Positions 55,101 to 64,000 of a stretch of DNA of 64,000 nucleotides are shown here, piece by piece. The translations under genes were made by a program, and so were the position numbers. Location of the stretch: the NCBI GenBank assembly GCA_040954595.2, contig CM082582.2, positions 12,855,777-12,919,776 of the forward strand, given 5' to 3'. The first letter of the stretch is position 1, and each line of letters begins with the position of its first letter. A model generated the notes under the pieces. It did no database searches. It saw only the letters and a list, made by a program, of their open reading frames with translations, and had not been told where the DNA came from. Source of the DNA: Balanoglossus misakiensis (Eukaryota > Animalia > Hemichordata).

Positions 55101-58100
55101 ATAAAGATAAGCAGAAAAGTGGAGGGAATTACTGTCATGTAGTCGGGCATTTTATTGTGCGATGAACTGGAAGGATAACAAGTTTGCCATTCTGGCAAAA
55201 AAGCTGCTTGGGCCAGAACACACAATCCATCTTGCAACAAAAACATTACCCACAATTCTTGTCCATTTAACTCAGCAATTGAGCTGAGTATCAGTTAGGG
55301 GTCGTGACCTGATAATGCGTTGAACATTGCACAATGCATAAGACAATAGTTGGGAAGAGTCAAGGCAGGGTTAGTTATTTCTCCGCCGAGCCCAGCTTGT
55401 GTCCTGGATGTATCGAACAATATCTATATTGTCTGGGAGACTATACACCCTGCAGCTTCGTTGTGATAAGAGAACTTTGAGAATCAAAACATTGCGGGGG
55501 TGTATCTTACACAGTCCCCACCTATTCTAGTGTTGGGGTGTATTCACTTCATGCGGGCAGCCATTGTGTGGCCATTGTTCAGCTTGCTCAGTGGTTCTGG
55601 TAACTGCAAATAAATGAATCACAAATGTGGTCAGCTTCACAAAGCAGAGAAGTCGTCCGCGAGGGGCGAGAGTTTGTGTGACTGCGTGGGCAGCATCCAA
55701 AGACATTTTTAACCTTTACATCCAGATTGTACTTTACTAAAATCCAACAATAGAGCCTGCATCAGGAATAATGAAATCCCCTTCTTCATACACCCTAACA
55801 TAGAGTCTTTGAAGACTGCATTTTTCCATGCCTGAATTTTGAGGTTTCAATGCTCGTAAGGTCATTACTCCTGAGAATATACAGGGAGAAGGTAATGTTA
55901 GTGAGTCCAGAACGTTTCTTAAAAAGTATACCTGTAACTTGCAAAGATGGTCAGATAAAGAATTCATACTGTGACCTTACATGTTTTGACCATTTTTTTT
56001 GGGGGGGGGATACTAGTAAAATAATTACCAGACTGAGACTAGAAAGAATAACATTATTTCCCCAAATACAACTGGTTCAGTGCGCTTACTCTCTGGTCAT
56101 GGAGATACTTAATAATTTATGCCAGTATTTGACTTGAGACGTTTCATAAGCGTTTCAAATGCACGTGTGTGAACCCCGTGAAATATTTATTCTCAGGGAG
56201 TGTGAAATTACATACTTGCTGCTTCTATCTAATCGTAGGTTGTACTGAGCAAGTGAAAACAAATGAGTAACTTTTGACATTCTTGGTGGGAGGGGCAGAC
56301 ATTCACTGCCTGAAGTGGAATTTATGTTGATTTGCGATGATTCACAGCAAACATCATGCCCTTTTGGCTTTTTGTTCTATTTGCAAAAAAGAACTTATTT
56401 ACTCGAGATCTCACCATGGTATCTAGGTCACAGTGCTTCTCAGAGCCTGCTCTCATATAGGATAAAGTAGTTCTGACCTTAAGCTACTGTCCTGCTACCT
56501 TTCTGGTGATGCAGAAACTCTGACGCAAATATGTGAATCTTTGTAGGAAGCTTTTGTATTTAGATGCCATAATTACATAGATGTACAAGGTGGCTATAAA
56601 AAATGTCAATGTTGAATGTATTGGGTTAAACTGTTCATTGAAAGGGTTTCTTTACATGTATTTTTAGAGTTTGCAATAAATTAAAATATTGGGTCCAATG
56701 CACACAAACTTCCTAAGTCTTTCTCACGCGCCAAAATTTGAGAAATTTGGATTTAACAAACAAGCTGCATTCATCTATTGGAAAATCAAACACATGAACT
56801 GTTTTCAGAGTTTGTGTTCAGTTTGTTTTCCTTTATTTGTCCACATGTACATAAATCCTGTTTTCTAATTTATTCGAGAGAGAGTGCTCCGTCACCAAGG
56901 ATCTGGAAAGTATGTAACCCCTTCATTCTCTTCCACTGCTGCCGAGACCGCTAGGTACCAAACCACATCAATTGCTCATAAAATTGTAGGTATTAAATGT
57001 TGACAGACAACGATTTCAACTTCACACATAATGAGTATAGTGACCGAATAGTATTGATCATTTACAATGGATAGACAATATGCCTGTGGCTAACTCTATT
57101 GATCTTGGCAATTTCTTTATTTGCAGAATGGTCAGTAGGAGAACAAAACCAGTCTGATGTTTTTTTGTATTCTTTCTATGTGCTTGAATTAAAGCTGACC
57201 AACCAAAGACCCTGATTTATTGAAGGGAACGCTGCCTGAATGACCTCATAAGTTGACATTCTGCATCCTTCAAATCATCATTGTCGGATGTGAGTTCTGC
57301 CTTATGATGTGTCTGAGGCTTTCTTAAGACACAAAATCTGGTGACTTCATCTGTGGAAAGAAAAGATTGATATTAATATTAAAGTACACAGTAGGCCAAT
57401 CCATGAGTTTAACTTTAAATTCATACTTATAGCTAGCATATAGAACACCCATCCTAAGTTCTCACTTTGAATTTTTCCCCGGGGGACCCCACCCCACCCC
57501 ACCTCTGGTTGACATTTGGAATCGCTGCCAAGTTGGCATAAAGGAACACAGAGCTTCTTGGTTGACAAGTGTCTATGTCACTTTTTGGCTGACTGTCAGA
57601 ATCACACCCATTCTGCTTACATTTTGAGAACACCTCCCCCATTCATGTCTAATCCACCCAACATTTTGAGAGCGTACCACCTGCAGACATTAATTAAAAC
57701 CTTTGCTTAAAAGTGCAGAAGGTGTGCCTGTCTAACTGAATAACCATCCTTCCCAATTGACTTTTAGAACCCCTCCCTCCCTTGCTGACTAATATTTGAT
57801 GTCCAGCGTGAGTCAGTGCTCCATCATAGCCATGCCACAAACTCATGTCACACAATCAACAGACATCAGATTCAACATATTGTGTAGACAAGACTCAAAT
57901 TTTAATTTTAGGCCAGTGTAACCCCTCACATAGAACCCCACACCCATCATCCTTCCAGACCCAACTCGTCTGTCATAAATCATTTTCAGTGGACAAGCCA
58001 CACCTATTCACGGCTCATTGCAATTCCAGTGTGAACCCCACGTAAACTGGTCATTTTTATTTCACTTCAACTTTTCAATCTCTTGTTGTTTGCTTTGGAA

Positions 58101-61100
58101 AGTGTGGAAGTTGAAGACTTTACTCAGTGTTTGTTACTCCCTTTGTGAGGGAGGGGAAGGTCACACTATTTAGGTTATGGTGTTTCTATGTCACAGTGTT
58201 AGTGCAGTTGATTTTGTAAAGATTGGAACTTGAAAATGGACTTGGCATAAACTTTCACACTCTAGTAAACAAATACTTGAGGTGAGCGAGATCAGAATTT
58301 GAAGGCGGGCATGTGGTTGAATTATTAGAGCATTTCATAGAATTTCTATAGTAGCTGAACTTTTCAGACAATAGAAGAAAAGGTGTGTTTAAATACCAGC
58401 GAGTTAATCATCATCTCAGCCTTTATACTTACCTGCATGAAGTCTCGTGGTGAACTGTAATCTCTACAGTGGTTGATTATGTACACTAGGAAAACCTATC
58501 TATAGTGTATGCGTTCGTAAGATCAGTATTGCGTTCTCTTACGGCTATGACTGTGACACGAATCCTGCAATTAAAGTCAAAGCAAGCATGTTGAAGGATG
58601 GTTATGATTTTATTAGAGACTTCTTTACAGTTTTTCTTGGGAAACCCAATTGTTGCATACAGACATACATGTGTATGAGATTCATGTGCGTTTCACATTG
58701 CAGTCTGAGTTGCAGCACATTTTTAATCAACATGACCTGTGGCTGGAAAACTACCAAATACATCTCGTTCACAGATAAACAAAAATCTGGATAGATTCCA
58801 AGAATCATCCACCCGTTCAGCTTTCCAGTCTCGATAACACTGTAGTGTCTAGATAAATGAGTCACCTGTTTTGGACAATGCGTTGAGTGTTGGTTTCTAT
58901 TTTTGGACAAAAGTCTGCAGACACGGTTTCACAAGAACATCAAAAGGCCTTCGGGATATAGCTCAGCAATGAAAGAACTTTTCTGTTAACAAATATAAGA
59001 TGAATTCACCTTTCTATTATAATTGATAAAGTACCAGTCACTACCACTCTGTACCTACCCACAAGTCTGTGTTGATTATTCTTGTTATACACACAAGACA
59101 CCCCCTAAGTATACCACACCTATATGTGTATTAAATTCTATTCAGATTCATTTTATATAAGCATGACAAATTATCAAAAACTTTAGTGACATCAAATTAT
59201 GAGTCATTGGGAGTCTTTCTGAGTCTTTCAAATTATTTTCAATATCCTAATTTTAGTAGTGGGACTATAGATATCCGAATAAAATCTCAGTATTACAGTG
59301 ATAGTAAACTCTTGACTTCACATTATAGATGTCAGAGTCTGCCACATTGATTCAGTTTTTGTCTTTGCTGTCTTGAGAATGATTATGTAAGGAGCTTTTT
59401 ATGACATGATTGTGAATGCTGGTTTTATTGAGAGCCCAATTTGAAGGACAGTTGTTTTATGCCCATTGGCTTACTGTGAATGGCCTTTAACTAATAATGG
59501 TTTTATGGACAAAATTTCAACTTTTAAACAAGCAAGAGACTGCGCAGGGCTCTACATGGGTAATAAGTTACAACAAAGCCAAAGACTTGGATCAAATATC
59601 TTGCACAAAACACTTCTGCGAAGACATATACATGGCGTGACTTTGCAGAAATTTTTGTATCTATTGTCAAAAGAAGAAAAGATCATGCCATCTGAAAGGT
59701 CGTTCACTGTAGAGCTAGAGGTCCTAGGCACGTTGAACTTCTTGAAGTAGTTACTGGTTGGGTGCTATGCCTACGCTTTCAAAAGTTACACTTGGTATGG
59801 TTTCTGGAATGTGTCTTTTGTGTTTCAGGACAGATGCTAATACATTTGTGATTCTCATTATCATGAACGAGGCGTACCCTTTGAATTGGAGAATTCTGGG
59901 GCAATTGAACATAGTGCACGCACTATCCGTAGACAAGTACATCTTTTCTACATTTGTAAAACCCTAGATTTGGAGACCCATGTATTGTCACCTCTTTCAG
60001 TGCTAGTTTCAGTGTCCCCTACCTACTTTATCAGTTGGAGGGTTTAGAATATGGTGTAAAATGTTGAACCAGCATTTCTTAATCTCCTCTGGCATGCAAT
60101 TGTTTCTCTCTGAACAGAGTCATCTCATCAAGCATTGTGATATACTTTTTACTTTATATCACTGGATAAATCTTCTCTTTCTGTGACTTTTGTGAAAATT
60201 CCAAGAAAATGAAAATATTAGAACAGCATTTTCTTGAAACTTTATATATAAGGCTATAGATTCTGACACCCACACACTACCTGTGGGCAGTGGCCTATCC
60301 TTTGTTTCTCCTTGAGAAGAACTGATATGTATCCTTTGCAAGTGCCTTGTAGTGCCTTTGATAAGCCTCAACCACTCCTGTTTTTGGAGTGTAACGACCT
60401 CGGAGTTTCTTTAAGAAAGTAACCATGCATAAATAAATCTTGAAAGAAGAGAGGACTAGCACCCACCACCCAGAATATGCTTTTGTTTGGCTATTCTGCA
60501 TAGAAAAGTTGATAGAATGATAAACGGTACCCGCTGTTGAGGTCAGGGAAACAAGAGGAAGGATAATATCCATTGGGAGATTGGATAAATAAATGTATGT
60601 TATTCTTCAACGTTGTCCCTATATTTTCAAGGCCATATTTCTTGTAACATAGAAACCTCAACATTTCATTCATTTTAGAAAACTGAGCACTCAAACTTTA
60701 CTGGTGCCAATTGAGCAAGAGCTTAGGGGACATTGTCGTGGGAGGGGGACAATAAGAACCCTGGTACCTGTTGGACCACATGTATTATGGGCTCCTTAGG
60801 ATTATGTTTCTCAGCAAATATAACATGTGATCACACACGTATTTGCACACACTTGTGTATAGATCAGAGGACTTCAAGTGGGGATTGTTTTGCCAGGATA
60901 ATCCCAATGACCTTGTTTTGCCAATATTAAAGGGCGACGATCATCTTGTGTGCATGTGCCAAAATGGTTGCAAACATGTTATACAGTCAGTGCCATATAA
61001 GTCATTACCATACAAGTATGTTGCCAGGAACATAGGACATTCATCTGAATTCAGAAGAAAACTTGTTGATCGTTTGACTTTCAAATTTTAGAAAATTGTC

Positions 61101-63973
61101 AGTGCCACTTCCAATGGCAATTCTTGCTAAATTCTTGTCACAATGCCATAAAACATGACTGTGGGTGGTTTAGTTGCCATCAGAAACACGCGCATCAATT
61201 TCACCTTTCAGTGCACATACTTAAATTTAGTCACTTCACATTTGTTATAGAGTATAGCTGTGCTGTCTGCACGGCCCCAGGGTTTGACACTGAGTGAGTG
61301 TGAGGTCATTAGGGTCGGCATATGACGATCACAAGTAGAAAAAACTTACCTGTTAAGTGGCCCATCCTCAAGAGACTGACATACCTGAACTTTGATCGGC
61401 TGTTCACTGAGCATAGAATGCATCCCGTACTATTTGTCTTATAGTTCTGTTTCCGAAAAAAGTACAACTTACCCAAGCAAGTCCAGTCACCGCCTTTAAG
61501 AGTCAATGGCCAGCTTTTGAGTAAGCAGAGAAAAAATATTTCTCAAGGGACTTAACATGATTTTCTCTCCCTGAAATCTATATCAGTGCATGAGCCATGA
61601 ATGGGAAGCCTAAGGAAGGATTCATTCCACTGGGCTTCATTTTGAAAAACAAGAACTTAGCCTTAACCTTCTCTGGCCTAGATCCATAAATGTCGAGGTC
61701 AACTCTCAGGTGTATTACCAGAAAGTCAGACCTTAAATGGTCAATTGAACGAAGTTTTACAATTGCATTCTTTTTGAAAGATGTATGACTTAATATGTCA
61801 TATTTTGAAGACATTTAATAGTTCATCTAAAAGTTCTCCCTTTGTCTCTTGCCAAGCACAATATGATATCATTACTGTATGCGTAAACAGACTGAGGAAT
61901 TTCTACTTTGCTGAAGGCTAAATGTTGGTAACAATGAGACCCCAGACATGATATATTCCGCCTCTTTCATTGCCTTAAAACGTAGATTTACCTGTCCATG
62001 CAGAACTAACAGCTCTGGCCAGAAACCAAAGAATGTAACCTTTTCCTCCAAACTGAACATTCCTCTCTTCCAGTCAAGAGACAAAGATATAAATATATAT
62101 TTCAACAAGTTAAAGTGGCATTTTAATGATATAGCTTGAGAGTTTTTCATAGTTCTGTAATTTGTAAGATTTAGACTTCCGTTATCTTCTGGTTGTAACT
62201 TGTTCACCCAGAAAGATGCATCCAATGCTTTCACAATGTTATAATCCATAATCATAACATTATTTCCCTGCAGATCCACTACAGTCGGGCTTCCAAAAGT
62301 TAAAAAGGACAAGTTGTCCGTGTTCAACTTCTTGAGCACAGCATGGGAACAGCCAAGCCAACAGACGGTACAACAGACTGCTCCATCGTCTCAACTCGCT
62401 CTGCCAGCGCCAGTGACTACCACTCCATTGAACCTCTTCTCCAACATCCCTGAGCAGAAACAGCCACCATCGGCATCAGGAACGACATCTGGAATTCCAG
62501 CGTCTTCCCATGTCAAACCACCAAGTTTCATCAGTCATGGAATAGCATCACAGACTGATGGAGCATCGAGTGATAAGGTTGCTGTGGCAATTGCCTCCCA
62601 TTCTTCCTTCGAAGGCAGCCAAGCAACAGAGGTAAGTGCTGGAGACTGTGACTCAGCCTTTCTGTCTTGTTGAGATCAGATCAATAAATTGCCAACAAGG
62701 AGTATTTGTTTCTTGAACCAGAACTAGCCATCCACCTGCAAAATTTAGAGTAGTCCAGAAACCGTCCAGCACAACAGGTTATTGTGAGCAGAAATGGCCA
62801 AATGAGCAGAGTCCCTTCTTCTGTGGCATCCTGCAGAAAACAATGAAAATGTCGAACCAGGTATGCAGTGAATGCAATGTTTACAGAGGCAGTGACCAGC
62901 CACGTGGGTGTCCTTTCATGTGCCTATACTCTTGACTGAATGGATGATTTGTGTGATCAGCATGCGACCATGGCAATAACCGATAAATCAATCTACTTCA
63001 AAGTGATTAGCATTCTAAGTACAGGCACCTTGTTCCACATCTTTTCTGTGGGTGTATAGACGTTCACTGACTTGGTTTTTTCTTCTAATTTTCTAACTTG
63101 ATTGTATTTCAGAAAAGTGCTACTCAGCCCGAAGAGGAACGACCGTCAATGGATTTGTTCAAGGCAATTTTTGAGGATTCTGAGAGTGAAAATAGTTCCT
63201 CAGAGCCATCGGATGATGAAGAAAGGATTGGGTCACCAGATGTAATTGATAATTCAAGCATCGCTGATGGTAAGGATATAGAGTCACACACATGCATGCA
63301 TTATCACATGCACACACGCATGTGCACACACACATGCACATCAATATATCTTGCATTCTAATAAAATCAAACTGATGTCCGTAGAGATCATGTATGCAGT
63401 ATATATGCAAGTATGTAGCCAATACTACAGAACAATACCCATTTGCACTATTGACTGGAAACTGAATAACTCTTCCTTTATTTCTTGTCAGATATGCAAG
63501 CAAAGGACGACGTCTCTCATCTTAGAAGTCAAAATGGAAATATAACAGACTCCTCCAACCTATCTACAAGAACAGGAATTTCTCATCAGTTATCGTCCAT
63601 ATTTGGAAGTGAAATGCTGACGTCAGAGAGAGCCTCCAAAAACCAAGAAACAGATTCAAACGATAGCTCAAGAAAAATAGCAAAATCCACTGAAAAAGAA
63701 ATGGAACACAGCCAGCCAAAGACTGACAAAGTCAATGTCTATGGACCTGCATTACCACCCACAATGCAACAGGGGCCATCATTTCCCACAATGCAACATG
63801 GGACATCGTTCTCCACTGAAAGAAAAGTTGCAGGAGACAGGACATTGTATGAAGGAAAAACACACAGCGATAGAAAACGAAAGCATCAAGAAGATGATTT
63901 ACAACACAGAAAACAAAAACACAAACACAAAGGAAAGGAGAAAGATAAACACAGTAAACACAAAGATAAAAAG
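49163..63973 (+). CDS. GPATCH1: G-patch domain-containing protein 1, 3' end beyond the window
   Basis: [62 protein letters not shown]-patch [94 protein letters not shown] and a K/H-rich tail. Confidence 0.95.
51198..51379. mobile_element. Tc1/mariner-pogo-type MITE with TA TSD
   Basis: TA-CCGTTAAAGTCATTTTATAAGaCGCA ... TGCGaCTTATAAAATGACTTTAACGG-TA gives ~26-bp TIRs, with internal GGGGTGCGACTTATAATACC repeats. Confidence 0.8.
51755..52025. repeat. Polypurine (GA-rich) low-complexity tract in a GPATCH1 intron
   Basis: About 270 bp of almost pure G/A on the + strand. Confidence 0.9.
53352..62273 (+). other. Exceptionally long (8.9 kb) GPATCH1 intron
   Basis: Donor CA|GTAAGT at 53352 and acceptor CAG at 62271-62273 join [26 protein letters not shown] in frame. 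The other introns of this gene are under ~0.6 kb. Confidence 0.85.
53396..53471. mobile_element. Short non-autonomous element with 17-bp TAG-type TIRs and a degenerate 9-bp TSD (AcademH-like)
   Basis: TAGACTGGAAAACCTGT ... ACAGATTTTCCAGTCTA (1 mismatch), with flanks ctcttagag / cttttaggg (7/9). Confidence 0.6.
63284..63341. repeat. Degenerate CA/CATG microsatellite
   Basis: cacacacatgcatgca...cacatgcacacacgcatgtgcacacacacatgcaca. Confidence 0.6.
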
Positions 63974-64000
63974 GTAAACATGTACTTGTTTACTTCTGTC

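Noticed and set aside
61872-62339. 155-aa minus-strand ORF
   Set aside because: It has no recognisable motif, lies in AT-rich intronic sequence and is partly antisense to a GPATCH1 exon.
62836-62860. Possible 24-nt GPATCH1 microexon (cag|AAAACAATGAAAATGTCGAACCAG|gtatgc)
   Set aside because: The flanking exons join in frame without it, and it cannot be supported without RNA data.
1-64000. CRISPR arrays, operons, rRNA, tRNA or snRNA genes
   Set aside because: The DNA is spliced eukaryotic sequence, and I saw no repeat-spacer arrays or structural RNA signatures by eye. Small ncRNAs could have been missed without Infernal or tRNAscan.

Overview
This is intron-rich eukaryotic (metazoan) genomic DNA, and the ORF track mostly shows exon fragments or their antisense shadows. 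An invertebrate deuterostome is my guess from gene content; the species cannot be determined from the sequence. In order: (1) the 3' end of one SLC28/CNT nucleoside-transporter gene and a complete tandem paralog (+); (2) a GPR158/GPR179-like class C GPCR (-); (3) a Fuseless-family membrane protein with an intronless CDS (-); (4) a secreted CAP-EGF-ShK mosaic protein (+); (5) a C18orf63/DUF4708-like gene (+); (6) MROH1 (-); (7) GPATCH1 (+), head-to-head with MROH1 and running off the window end. Several small non-autonomous DNA-transposon elements lie in introns or intergenic DNA. Main observations: both CNT paralogs have replaced the conserved ribose-binding residues; an antisense promoter plus first-exon-like cassette sits in the last intron of CNT copy 2; two neighbouring genes each carry a U12-type intron; MROH1 has a candidate alternative first exon with a DSGxxS degron; the GPCR has a GC-AG intron with a competing GT donor; and GPATCH1 has an 8.9-kb intron containing a Sox-motif cluster. 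I saw no rRNA, tRNA or CRISPR. Exon models were read by eye, and family assignments come from remembered motifs, not database searches.
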